Shown: positions 37,660 to 47,832 of the stretch, piece by piece
Layout of the letters: each line of letters opens with the position of its first letter
Numbering within the stretch: position 1 is the stretch's first letter
NCBI GenBank assembly: GCA_019057815.1
Contig: JAHLWR010000003.1
Span: 64,001 to 128,000, forward strand
Length of the DNA: 64,000 nucleotides
Source of the DNA: Candidatus Heimdallarchaeota archaeon
Lineage (GTDB): Archaea; Asgardarchaeota; Heimdallarchaeia; Heimdallarchaeales; Heimdallarchaeaceae
Direction of reading: 5' to 3'
Notes under the pieces: generated by a model
What the model was told of the DNA's origin: nothing
Database searches by the model: none
Seen by the model: only the letters and a program-made list of their open reading frames with translations
Position numbers and translations under genes: made by a program

Positions 37660-39729
37660 ATGATAGAATTACAACGTGTTAACTTAAAAGAAATCTCTAA
37701 ACTAGAACCTGCTCTAACAGGAGGTCATAGACTCTGCGCAGGATGTGGTGCAGGTACAATGGCAAGACAAGTAACTCTAGCTGCACAAGCTCTAAAGGAA
37801 CCTTTTATGATTGTTAATGCCACAGGGTGCCTTGAAGTAGCAACAACTATCTATCCATATAATTCATGGACCGTACCATGGTTGCATAATGCTTTTGAGA
37901 ATGCAGCAGCAACAGCTTCAGGAACAATTGTAGCACTAGAAGCTCTGAGAAGAAAGAAACAACTAGAGTATGATCAAATAAATATATTAATTTTCGGAGG
38001 TGATGGGGGGACGTATGATATAGGTCTTCAGAGTCTATCAGGAGCAATAGAAAGAGGACATGATTTTCTATATGTCTGTTATAATAATGGAGCATACATG
38101 AACTGCTTAAGTTTAGATACTTTCATTATGACTGAAGATGGTCTTAAACGTGTAATTGAAATCCAATTGGGTGATCTTGTTTATGCTTTTGATCAGACTA
38201 CAGGGGATTTGGTCTTAAAAGAATGTAGCGGTATATATGATAATGGTACTAAAGAAGTCTATGAATTGAAAACACTACATCACTCAATAAAAACAACATT
38301 AAATCATCCATTTCTGACAGTTCAAATGAGTCGAAAGAAAGATGTGAATGCTTTGATTTGGAAAACTCTTGAGCAATTAGAACTAGGAGATGAGATAATC
38401 GTTTTAAAGAAATTGACAGGTGGAAAGAGTTATACTTTCAAGAAAATAGATCTCTCCGTAAGGGGAGATTTTAAAGTTCATAAAATAAATGAAATCCAAC
38501 TACCAGAAAGTAGCAATCCAGAGCTAATGGAATTTCTTGGTCTGTACATAGGTGATGGTTGGACAAGATCTCATAAAGCTGAAACAGGATTTTCTTTTCC
38601 AGAGAAAACAGATGCGAGAGCGAGGTTAGTCTTCTTATCAAAGAAATTATTTAATTTAGAACCTAGTACTACTAGTCTTAATGACGTATATTTATACTCT
38701 ATAAATCTTGCACGGTTTATCGAATCACTTGGTTTTGGTAAAGGAGCTAAAAATAAGATTATACCATCTTGGGTCTTTACTATACCTCTTGAAGAAAAAG
38801 AAGCATTAGTTAAGGGATTAATGCAATCTGATGGATATATTGTAGGAAAAAGCAAAAGGTATGTTTCTGCTAGTTATGAATTGCTCAAAACATTAAGACT
38901 GTTATTGCAAACCATGAATTATAGAGTTGGAAAAATACATCAACAAACAAAGAAAAAAGGAACGTTTGTAGTTTATAGAAAATTACTGGAAGATAGTAGC
39001 TACGGTTATGTCTGTTTTAGTAAAAAGAAGGAACCGAATATAGACAAATATCTATCACAAATTAAACAGAGAAACTTCTTAGCAGAAAATAAATATTTTA
39101 GTTCAGAGAAAATTACTTCCATTGAATTCATTAAGGAAGAACCTACAATAGATCTTAGAGTTGAAGATGAACATAATTTCATTGCAGATGGAATAGTCGT
39201 CCACAATACTGGAATCCAACGTTCTAGTGGAACCCCTATGTGTGCTTCCACAACAACCAGTCCTGCTGGAACTGTTATCCCTGGTAAGATTAAGTGGGCC
39301 AAACCTCTTCCAGATATTATGGCTGCTCATGGAATTCCAACATTTACTGCTAGTCCCTTCTACCATCGCGATCTGATGTCCAAAGTTCAGGCTGGGTTAA
39401 ACCATGAAGGTCCTGCTTTCCTTCTTGTCGATTCACCTTGCAACTTGGGTCAACGATACGAGCCTAACATTTCATTAGAAATAGCTAAACTCGCTGTTCA
39501 ATCTTGTTTCTTCCCATTATACATGACATATCAAGATGAATGGGCATTCACTAGTGAATCCTTAAGAATTGCTAATAATCCTGATAAAAAGGTTCCAGTT
39601 GAAGATTACCTTAAACTTCAAGGACGGTTCAAACATCTCTTCAAACCTGAATGGAAGGATAAGTTGGTTGAGATTCAAGAAACAATTGATAATCGTTGGG
39701 AACGATTAATAAAGAAAACAAAATACTAA
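37660..39729 (+). CDS. porB: 2-oxoacid:ferredoxin oxidoreductase beta subunit (intein-containing)
   Basis: GH.LCAGCG, TGC, GGDG...DIG...NN..YMN|intein|TG.QRS, SPC. Confidence 0.95.
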   Translation: MIELQRVNLKEISKLEPALTGGHRLCAGCGAGTMARQVTLAAQALKEPFMIVNATGCLEVATTIYPYNSWTVPWLHNAFENAAATASGTIVALEALRRKKQLEYDQINILIFGGDGGTYDIGLQSLSGAIERGHDFLYVCYNNGAYMNCLSLDTFIMTEDGLKRVIEIQLGDLVYAFDQTTGDLVLKECSGIYDNGTKEVYELKTLHHSIKTTLNHPFLTVQMSRKKDVNALIWKTLEQLELGDEIIVLKKLTGGKSYTFKKIDLSVRGDFKVHKINEIQLPESSNPELMEFLGLYIGDGWTRSHKAETGFSFPEKTDARARLVFLSKKLFNLEPSTTSLNDVYLYSINLARFIESLGFGKGAKNKIIPSWVFTIPLEEKEALVKGLMQSDGYIVGKSKRYVSASYELLKTLRLLLQTMNYRVGKIHQQTKKKGTFVVYRKLLEDSSYGYVCFSKKKEPNIDKYLSQIKQRNFLAENKYFSSEKITSIEFIKEEPTIDLRVEDEHNFIADGIVVHNTGIQRSSGTPMCASTTTSPAGTVIPGKIKWAKPLPDIMAAHGIPTFTASPFYHRDLMSKVQAGLNHEGPAFLLVDSPCNLGQRYEPNISLEIAKLAVQSCFFPLYMTYQDEWAFTSESLRIANNPDKKVPVEDYLKLQGRFKHLFKPEWKDKLVEIQETIDNRWERLIKKTKY
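38104..39207 (+). mobile_element. 368-aa intein in PorB with LAGLIDADG endonuclease
   Basis: Cys1 (CLSLDT), block B TLNHPF, FLGLYIGDG and KGLMQSDG, ends HNFIADGIVVHN before Thr+1. Confidence 0.95.
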
Positions 39730-39956
39730 TCTTTTTCTCCTCATTCTTTCTTTTTCTTGAGATTATTAGTGAAATATTCTCTTTCTGATTATAGTATGCA
39801 CAAGATTATGAAAATGTTGTTTTAAAAAAGCTAAAAGTATTATAATAGGGAAAAGAGAATATTTGCTAATGCCCTTTTTTTCTTGTAGAAACTCTAATTC
39901 TGATTTAATATTTGTGTCTTCATAATCTTTATTAAATATTTATCTGATTTGCAATC

Positions 39957-40307
39957 ATGGCGACAAAAAAACAATTGGCAAATTGGGGCTCTATTCTTGC
40001 TCTAATTGGTGGAATTCTTGAAGTAGCTGTAGGAGTCTTGATGTTAATAGGAGGAATTCTAGAAAGTATCCTTGATATCTTCAATAAATCTAATTGGCTT
40101 GGTCCTTTGGTAGGGAATGATTTAGTCTCTGCTATAATACTAATAGTTGTTGGAGTTATTGTCATTCTCATTGCGATTGGGAGATTTGGATTAAATTATA
40201 CTGTAATTGCAATTATCTTCATCATCTTAGGAATTATAGGAAGTAGTCTTGCTGCTTTACTTATTCTAATTGGTGGAATTCTATACTTAATCGCTGCTTT
40301 GAAATAA
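39957..40307 (+). CDS. Small hydrophobic membrane protein
   Basis: About 4 TM segments with repeated LIGGIL. Confidence 0.7.
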   Translation: MATKKQLANWGSILALIGGILEVAVGVLMLIGGILESILDIFNKSNWLGPLVGNDLVSAIILIVVGVIVILIAIGRFGLNYTVIAIIFIILGIIGSSLAALLILIGGILYLIAALK

Positions 40308-40310
40308 ACT

Positions 40311-41774
40311 CTAATTTTTTTTCTTTTTCTTTTTCCTTTTTACCTTCCTTTCTGATCTCTTTTGCTTTAAGAGGATGAAATTATCCTTTGAAAAAGCATA
40401 TAGTTCTTTGTAATTTTGTGGTCTCCAGAAAGCTAAATGCATTGTTAAATCATATGTAGAAATTGCAGTTATTAAAAGCAAAAATACGTAGAACATATGT
40501 AACCATTTTATTTGCATGATAATCCACACATTAACAACAAAAAGCCAACTAATAAGAGCTAGGAAAATTGCTGTTGCAAGAGGCTTCCATTTAATATTCC
40601 TGTATAATTGGGTGAAAGCTATTATCAAAAAAGGCATGAAAAAAGGGTCGTAATATTTGTAATTTCCTCGTGGTTGGAAAAGGTGTGCACCAACTACAAA
40701 CATCGCGAGAAAAGAATACCAAGCGCCTTTTTTCTTATATAAATGAGGACCAATTAACATCATAGCAAAATAGCATAAAACAGAGAAAAGAAGAAAAGGC
40801 AAATATAATTCATTCATTTCATAATAAAATAAAGCTAAACCTTCCCATTCCCAATAAAGAAATGCGTGAAAAGGTGTTGTTGACCATAGTCTCCACGTAG
40901 AATGAATAGAAAATTGAACATTGATGGTTGTACCTGTCCAAAGTTGTCGTCTAAAGTAACTTAATTTATGCATGTAAATCCATGGTAGAGAAATTATTAG
41001 TCCAACAACGAATAGAACTAAAAGAAATTCTAGACTTTTTCTAATGTCATTACGGAAGTAGTAAAGAAAGAAAATTGGTACCAAATATAGGGCAATGAGT
41101 TTTGTAAATACAGCTATAGCTAAAAAACTAGCTGAGAGTTTGTGTTTTTCGCTAATAAGAAAGTATAGGGCGAGTATGGTGAAGAATGTGAACATGTAAG
41201 TGTTGAGATAAACAATAGTATTGTAAAAAAGAACTAGAGGTGAAAAGGTGTAAATTAAGCTACCTGTTAGTGGTAAAACGTATTGCATAACTCCTTCGAT
41301 TTTCTTTTTCGCGCTTTTTTGAATGATTAAAAATATAAGAATTGTAGTAAGAGAATCAAAGAAAGCTGGAGCAATTGTTACAGTTTCCCATGCTAACTCC
41401 ATGCGAGTAAGAGAAGGATGAAAAATTTGAACAAAATATGAAAGAAAAACAAACATGTAAGCAAAAATCGGTCCATAAACATACCCCACTAATGGCCAAG
41501 TCATGTCTCCATAAAGATTCCAATTTTGATACCTAAAAGCATAGAGATAAGATCTATAGTAATCAGTTGCATCTTGATATGTTTCCCAATAATGACCTGT
41601 AGAGGAAATATACGGAGTGACATCATAGTTGTGCAAGAACCAAGTTTCTATTATTGCTCTAATAGCGAAAGATATTAAGAATATACTGTAACATATGGCT
41701 ATCTGCTTCAGCTTCTGATAGTTGTTTGAAGATAAATAGATTCCAGTTTTGTCGACAACGTTTCTAATTCGCAC
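40311..41774 (-). CDS. GT-C-fold membrane glycosyltransferase-like protein (GT87-like)
   Basis: More than 10 TMs, first loop with D...Y and YVYGP, A....K...L..P pattern. Confidence 0.6.
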   Translation of the reverse strand: MRIRNVVDKTGIYLSSNNYQKLKQIAICYSIFLISFAIRAIIETWFLHNYDVTPYISSTGHYWETYQDATDYYRSYLYAFRYQNWNLYGDMTWPLVGYVYGPIFAYMFVFLSYFVQIFHPSLTRMELAWETVTIAPAFFDSLTTILIFLIIQKSAKKKIEGVMQYVLPLTGSLIYTFSPLVLFYNTIVYLNTYMFTFFTILALYFLISEKHKLSASFLAIAVFTKLIALYLVPIFFLYYFRNDIRKSLEFLLVLFVVGLIISLPWIYMHKLSYFRRQLWTGTTINVQFSIHSTWRLWSTTPFHAFLYWEWEGLALFYYEMNELYLPFLLFSVLCYFAMMLIGPHLYKKKGAWYSFLAMFVVGAHLFQPRGNYKYYDPFFMPFLIIAFTQLYRNIKWKPLATAIFLALISWLFVVNVWIIMQIKWLHMFYVFLLLITAISTYDLTMHLAFWRPQNYKELYAFSKDNFILLKQKRSERKVKRKKKKKKN

Positions 41775-41951
41775 AGAATAAATGAAAAGCTTACTATAGT
41801 TAAATTTTTTCCAAAGAAAGAGATTTTAATACGAAATGCAAGAGATTTGCAAATAAACTGTTTTTTTGACTGAACATAGCGAAGTACACTTCCTTTGGGG
41901 AGTAGTTTATCATAAAAGTTAAATCACTATTAGTTGTATTCTTAATAGAAT

Positions 41952-43790
41952 ATGGGTATTTACAAAAATCACGCGAAAAAAGTTTCTGGGGAATTTTACA
42001 CTCCTGAAATAGTTATTGAATATATGATTCAAAGGATCTTCAATTTATTAGAAGATCAAGGAAGAATCACCATGTTTTCTTTTTCAAAATTCATTGATTC
42101 GCTTGAGAGAATAAGTTTTTGTGATCCTGCATTAGGCACTGGGAACTTCATTTTGGGTATTATGCAAAAAATCCGTAGATTAAGTGTTGATTTTCCAGAT
42201 TATTCAGATAAAAAATACTCTTCTTTTATTAAGAAATTTGTAGGTAACAATATTTTTGGTATAGAACTAAGTAGAAATTCACTACAAGTTTGCAAAAAAA
42301 GACTGAAAGAAAATCTTTCTCTACCGGAAGAATTCGAATTAAGGAATTTAAAACTGGGAAATACACTGGTAGATGAAGATGCATTTGATATCCTTCAAAT
42401 GGAGGAAACTTCAGTGTTAAAACCTTTTTCTTGGGAAAATTTTTCTGGAAATAACTCCAAATTTGATATAATTATCGGTAATCCTCCATACTTTAACCTA
42501 AAAAAAATGATTCTGTTAGATAATCAAGTAAGACTGTTATTTACATATTTAAGAAAATCTAAATTCTGGAGAGGATATTATCGTTCATCTTCTGATATAT
42601 ACTATTATTTTCTCATCAAATCGCTCTTACACTTAAAAGAAAATGGTTTATTATCATTTATTTTGCCAAATTCTTGGATTGAGAATAAATATGCGGATAA
42701 ATTAAGAGATTTCCTATTAAACTACGGAATAATTGAGATTGTTGATTTAGGTCCGATGTTGATATTTAAAGAAGAAGGAAGATGGCTCAATATTGAAAAT
42801 AGTATTTTAACAGTACAAAACAAACCTGCTTTAGATACTTTCCAAATAATAAAAAATGAAGAAATAAGAGTATTGAATCGAGACAAATTTATTGGAGAAA
42901 TAATGAACAACTATAGCAGATTCAAAATAGCTCAAACAGCTCTTAACAAAGAAAAATGGGTTCTTAGTCCAAATTTGTCACTTATTCGAGAAATAGAAAA
43001 AAACCCATCTGTTGTTCAATTAGGAGAAATTGCTACAGTAGCTCAAGGAATGTCACCTGGACTAAAATCGGTTTTCGTTCTTTCAGAAGACGAAGTAATA
43101 AAACATGAAATCGAAGAAGATGTGTTAGTACCATTCATTACAAATAAAAGTATAAAGAAATGGTTCTGCCAAGATTCAAAGAAAAAATGCATATTACCTT
43201 CAAAAGTAGAAGACATTAGTGAGTATGTAAACTGTTATAGGTACTTGACTTCTTATGAAAAGGAATTACAAAGAGGTCCTGATAGACAAAGATTACTTAA
43301 AAAAGGTCTAATAAGGTTTTACGATTTCAGTGTTTACAGGAATCTAAACTTGTTTCTTACAGCTAAAAAGAAAATAATCTGTCCTTATAGATCTTATAAC
43401 AACAGATTTGCTGTTGATTTGAAAGGTTTATTTGGGGCAACAGATATCTATGCTATTGTACCTGACGATGAGACTATGCTTTATTATCTCCTAGGCATAT
43501 TAAACAGCACTATCTTTGAATTCTGGTATAAAGAAGCTGGAAAGCGTAAAGGGAAAATGCTTGAATTCTTTAGCCATCCTTTAAGAAAATCTCCTATCCC
43601 TTTAATTAATGAAAGAGAAGAGATTCAAGATCATGTGAAATCAATTGTGCAAATGTCAGCAAGGGAGAAGGGAAAAGAAACAACTGAAATTGTCAAGAAA
43701 CAAGTAATTATTGATCAGCTTATTGTTGAAGGAATGGGAATTAAACAATCAGATTTCAATAAAATACTGAAATTGAGTTCAAAATTATAA
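41952..43790 (+). CDS. Amino-DNA methyltransferase (gamma class, TaqI/Eco57I-like, probably N6-adenine)
   Basis: GEFYTP, DPALGTGNF, IIGNPPY, C-terminal YLLGILNS target-recognition region. Confidence 0.9.
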   Translation: MGIYKNHAKKVSGEFYTPEIVIEYMIQRIFNLLEDQGRITMFSFSKFIDSLERISFCDPALGTGNFILGIMQKIRRLSVDFPDYSDKKYSSFIKKFVGNNIFGIELSRNSLQVCKKRLKENLSLPEEFELRNLKLGNTLVDEDAFDILQMEETSVLKPFSWENFSGNNSKFDIIIGNPPYFNLKKMILLDNQVRLLFTYLRKSKFWRGYYRSSSDIYYYFLIKSLLHLKENGLLSFILPNSWIENKYADKLRDFLLNYGIIEIVDLGPMLIFKEEGRWLNIENSILTVQNKPALDTFQIIKNEEIRVLNRDKFIGEIMNNYSRFKIAQTALNKEKWVLSPNLSLIREIEKNPSVVQLGEIATVAQGMSPGLKSVFVLSEDEVIKHEIEEDVLVPFITNKSIKKWFCQDSKKKCILPSKVEDISEYVNCYRYLTSYEKELQRGPDRQRLLKKGLIRFYDFSVYRNLNLFLTAKKKIICPYRSYNNRFAVDLKGLFGATDIYAIVPDDETMLYYLLGILNSTIFEFWYKEAGKRKGKMLEFFSHPLRKSPIPLINEREEIQDHVKSIVQMSAREKGKETTEIVKKQVIIDQLIVEGMGIKQSDFNKILKLSSKL

Positions 43791-43805
43791 ACTGCTTTCA
43801 AGAAT

Positions 43806-44609
43806 TTATATGTAAGAACAATGGACACTCCATTCATCAAAACCAGCTAAATATAATTTTACTTTGTTATATCCTATTTCTTTAAGAATTAAATAAACAA
43901 GAGCAGATTGTGGAGCGCTTTCACAATAAACGACAATGTCTTTTTTTCTTGTAATTCCTTTGGATATTAAAGCATCTTCAATACACCTAAGAGCTTTTAA
44001 AATAAAATAATCGGGTAATTCTTCATACATATCCATCCACCAATATTGCAGGCTGTTTGGAATATTACTACCCATATTATCCATTTCAATTGCATAAATT
44101 GAACGGTTGTCAATAAATGTAAAATTACCAGTTTTTAATGAAATCAATATTTCATCGCTAGTAATCATTATTTCTTCATTACAGCAATTTAGGTCAAAAT
44201 CTCCTCTCACAATTTCATGAGTATTCGTTCCCATGGGTAAGTTCTCATTTTCCCATTTGGCAAGCGCACCATCAATCAATTTAACGTTCAGAAAGTTGAA
44301 ATAATGCAAAGACCACGTAGCCAGGGAGCAATTAAGGTTGAAGACATCATCAACAAAAATGATTGTATTTTCTTTATTCACACCTTTTTCTTGTAAAGAG
44401 TTAACAACGTCTTTTCTATCGGGTAAAGTGTTAAAACCATCTTCATTTTTCCGAATAAAAACAGAAGAATCAATATGAACAGATCCAGGAATGTGGGCTT
44501 CTTCATACTTTTCTTTTAATCTTAAATCAATTATTTTGAAGTTCTTATTATCAAGAATGCTAGCTACCCATTCAGTTGAAACGAAAGTTTGAATCTTCTC
44601 CTTACTCAT
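43806..44609 (-). CDS. Tandem-domain rhodanese/sulfurtransferase
   Basis: VSTEW, Y...HIPGS, DG....W, active loop VYCES, Y.AGF.EW. Confidence 0.88.
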   Translation of the reverse strand: MSKEKIQTFVSTEWVASILDNKNFKIIDLRLKEKYEEAHIPGSVHIDSSVFIRKNEDGFNTLPDRKDVVNSLQEKGVNKENTIIFVDDVFNLNCSLATWSLHYFNFLNVKLIDGALAKWENENLPMGTNTHEIVRGDFDLNCCNEEIMITSDEILISLKTGNFTFIDNRSIYAIEMDNMGSNIPNSLQYWWMDMYEELPDYFILKALRCIEDALISKGITRKKDIVVYCESAPQSALVYLILKEIGYNKVKLYLAGFDEWSVHCSYI

Positions 44610-44654
44610 TCATTGTTGAGAAAAGTATTATCTATTAATAATTTTGTTGTAGTA

Positions 44655-45620
44655 CTACTCGTCTCGTTGTATGTTGGCTAAAGTTCCAGCAAATATTAGT
44701 GGGAGTGCTATAGTTATATCTGAGACAACTGTAACCATCTTAGATCTACCTGATGTCTTACCCCACGATATAGATTCCGAAAGAGATGCTCCTGAAAGAC
44801 CACCTGTTTCAACTCGATCCATGGTGATTTGAATGGCATATTCATATGTTTTAGGGGACATAAGTCTAGACTGAAAAATGTAATTTTTAGGAACTCCTCC
44901 TCCCAAGAAAAATGTTCCAGCCTTATCTGAATCACACGCAATTTGTTGGATTTTACTCAAATCCCCCATTATATCGATAAATACTTTGTGAGTTTGTGAG
45001 AATAACCAGAGTTGTAATCCAAGAATACTATCGGAGAATGCAGGAACAAAGATTGGTATCTTTTTTTCATAAGCAGCTTGAACAAAAGAATCTTCATCAG
45101 ATATTTTACTTCCTATTATTTCAAGTAATTTGTAAGTAGTAAGAGAAAGTTGCTGGTTTTCACTTCTTTCGCCCCAGATCTCTTGAAAAATAGGTTGAAG
45201 ACCATCTTCAAGTTTCATAAAGGATTCGTCAGAAACAAAAGCATCGTAGATTCTATCAATTGACTTTTCCCTTAATTCAGCATCTGAAGTGTAAGGCACT
45301 TTATGCATATGCCTTCCTCCAAAAGCTTCAATTAAATCATGAGTGACATTTGCTCCAGTAGAGACGATCACATTAACCATATCATTTCTGATTAAATCAA
45401 CTAGAACTTTTCTCATACCACCAGGAACTAAAGCTCCTGCTATTCCAAGAAAAACTGTTGCCTTATTTTGGAGCATTTCAGTAAATACTTCAATTGCTTC
45501 TGCAATTCGTCCTGGACCAAAAACACCAGAAGATCTAAATTCAGATAGCAATTCCTCCACTGTTTGTCCGTTATTAACCTTGATATGATTTACTCGGGAA
45601 TATTTATTATGGTTTTTCAT
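44655..45620 (-). CDS. dys: Deoxyhypusine synthase
   Basis: STGAN..HD, GGGVPKN, GGLSGA...E.ISWGK with catalytic Lys. Confidence 0.92.
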   Translation of the reverse strand: MKNHNKYSRVNHIKVNNGQTVEELLSEFRSSGVFGPGRIAEAIEVFTEMLQNKATVFLGIAGALVPGGMRKVLVDLIRNDMVNVIVSTGANVTHDLIEAFGGRHMHKVPYTSDAELREKSIDRIYDAFVSDESFMKLEDGLQPIFQEIWGERSENQQLSLTTYKLLEIIGSKISDEDSFVQAAYEKKIPIFVPAFSDSILGLQLWLFSQTHKVFIDIMGDLSKIQQIACDSDKAGTFFLGGGVPKNYIFQSRLMSPKTYEYAIQITMDRVETGGLSGASLSESISWGKTSGRSKMVTVVSDITIALPLIFAGTLANIQRDE

Positions 45621-45699
45621 CGACTTCTAAGTCTAATATTCTAATCCATTCTTTAGTTTTTTCACTGAACGGAATGTTTTCCAAACCATCCACAAAAAA

Positions 45700-46014
45700 T
45701 TATTTGTTTTCCTCTTCTTTTTGTGCAATAAGCAGTTCTATCTCTTTAGCTCGAAAAGGTGATTCATCTAATTCTGTATGATCAATAGGACAAATATATC
45801 GAATCTCATCTCCAATTTGAATTTTACCTAAAGGGAGATTGCAGATATACATGCGTCCACATGCAGGGCAATAGAATGTAGAACGTGTTGCTTCTTCAAA
45901 TAAATCTAAATCTTTATCTATAGCACAAACAGGGCATGGGAACATACAAATTGTAGGGCGAAGAGATTCTTTTGGTGACAAAATTATACACCGTGATATT
46001 TTAACATAAAACAA
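45700..46014 (-). CDS. Small zinc-finger-like protein
   Basis: CPVC, CPAC, CPID.H; the true start is probably downstream of 46014. Confidence 0.55.
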   Translation of the reverse strand: MFYVKISRCIILSPKESLRPTICMFPCPVCAIDKDLDLFEEATRSTFYCPACGRMYICNLPLGKIQIGDEIRYICPIDHTELDESPFRAKEIELLIAQKEEENK

Positions 46015-46084
46015 TTAGAATATATTAATTTTGGCATTTAATTTCTTTATAAAATAGTTAAGACAACTAATTTTTTCTCTTATT

Positions 46085-46861
46085 TTATGCTTTGAACCAC
46101 AATTTTAACTCTGGAAAATGGAACACTTCATTTTTTTCACCTAGAACAAAGAATTCCATCAGATTAATGTTTACTTGCGTTCTTAAGATAGGGGATAATA
46201 ATGATTTTTGATTCAAGGGTGTAATGGGTGTTCCTGCAGAATATACTGTATAAGCTGGCATTACAATGATTTTTGCGTCATAATTTATTAAAGGTCCAAG
46301 TAAGAATGAAGGCGCTTTCAATTTTTGAATTTTATTCACTTTCTGTTCAAAGACAGGGTGTTCATGACCTATTATCACATAATGAACTGAAGAAGGAAGA
46401 TGTTCAGGTAATGGCTGATCACCATGAGTAAAGTAATAATTCTTAAAAACAAAAGACTCTGGATGGAAATGAACATTAGTATATTCTCTAGCTACCCAGT
46501 TAAGAAAAATGTCATGGTTTCCTTTAATTAAATGAATATCCTTAACTAGTTTGGAAACAGCTCCTACAAATTTCTTTACATCTCTATTTTCGATTTTTGA
46601 AGGTTCTTGAAAAGAATGTTTTACATCTCCATTAAGTACAAGCATACAAGGTTTAATCTGTTTAATTAGTAGTTTTATTGTATTGATAACAGAATCTGTC
46701 TGATTATAAGGAGTAAAAGATCCATCCTCATTCATAATAGCTTCTATTCCCAAATGTAAATCTGAAATTACAAGCGCATTAATATCCTCTAAAAATAAAA
46801 CTGGTTGGGCATTTATTATACTAATCAACGAGGATATTTGGTATTTAGTGAACGATTTCAT
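46085..46861 (-). CDS. Calcineurin-like metallophosphoesterase
   Basis: SDLHLG, NGD, GNHD, HG, GHEHP. Confidence 0.9.
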   Translation of the reverse strand: MKSFTKYQISSLISIINAQPVLFLEDINALVISDLHLGIEAIMNEDGSFTPYNQTDSVINTIKLLIKQIKPCMLVLNGDVKHSFQEPSKIENRDVKKFVGAVSKLVKDIHLIKGNHDIFLNWVAREYTNVHFHPESFVFKNYYFTHGDQPLPEHLPSSVHYVIIGHEHPVFEQKVNKIQKLKAPSFLLGPLINYDAKIIVMPAYTVYSAGTPITPLNQKSLLSPILRTQVNINLMEFFVLGEKNEVFHFPELKLWFKA

Positions 46862-47707
46862 GTAATTCCTTTTTCCATATTTTTGAAGATAAGAAGCTGT
46901 TAACGTGTTCAATTAATGCTTCTTCTTTTCCTTCAATAAACTTGTGGGAGTCATGTTCGAATAATTTGTGCTCACTGAGTGGATTTCCTACTAGATATCT
47001 TCTAGCATCTTTAGGGTCCGTAAAATCATCATTTGTACTTGACATAACAAAAATAGGATAAGGCATGTTTCCTTCTTGTCCTCTAAAATCTACTACTCCT
47101 AAAGTTTCAATAGCTATTCTTCTTTGAACCCATGGATCATTATCATAGAACCTTTTTTCTGCATGCTTAACATCTTTTCGTTCTTTTTTATTTCTTGTAA
47201 TTTTTAGCCAAAGAAAAACGATTTTTTGAAAGAAACTGAATAACCAATCAGGAAACCATCCTATTCTCTTAAAAATGCCTGCTTCTCTATATTTTGGAGA
47301 AGGAGAGGCTAATAATAATGCAGCTGGTTCAGGTTTTTCACCTTCTAAAAAAACTGAATATTGATGTATCATAGCTACAGCTAAACTTGATCCAAAAATG
47401 GTAAATTTTTGACTCTGGAGATTCAATTCCTGAAAAATCTCTCTCATCTCATTTGCATAAGAAACAATTATTAAATTCCCTTTACATGCAATTTGGAAGA
47501 CTTTCCATATCCTCTAGGTTCATATAAAATAACATTATAATATTTTGAAAATGCTTGTGCTAGAGGGTAGCGCTCTTCTATAGTACCAAAAAATCCTGTA
47601 ATTATTATAACAGTTTTATCTTTGCCTTCCTCGTTCTCAGTCTGAAGGTGAACATATCTAATGTTTATTTCGTTAAAGGAAGGAAGTGTTAGTGTCTGAA
47701 AATGCAT
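46845..47707 (-). pseudogene. Alpha/beta hydrolase split by a 1-nt frameshift near 47470
   Basis: 5' ORF has TGF and EPRGYGKS; 3' ORF has GSSLA, Asp and His. Adding one base in GGA ATT TA- ATA ATT GTT joins the frames. Confidence 0.8.
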
Positions 47708-47832
47708 TTTCTATCAACAAATGATTTCTATTTCTGGTTTGTTGATAAATTTAAAAATTATTGTTTCGTACCAAATATTTGTTGAGACGAAGTAAGCTTT
47801 AAGAAATCAAACACAAAGTAATTTTGAAAGAT

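Noticed and set aside
47447-47480. Programmed ribosomal frameshift in the hydrolase
   Set aside because: No canonical slippery heptamer or downstream structure was evident; a simple deletion or sequencing error is more parsimonious.
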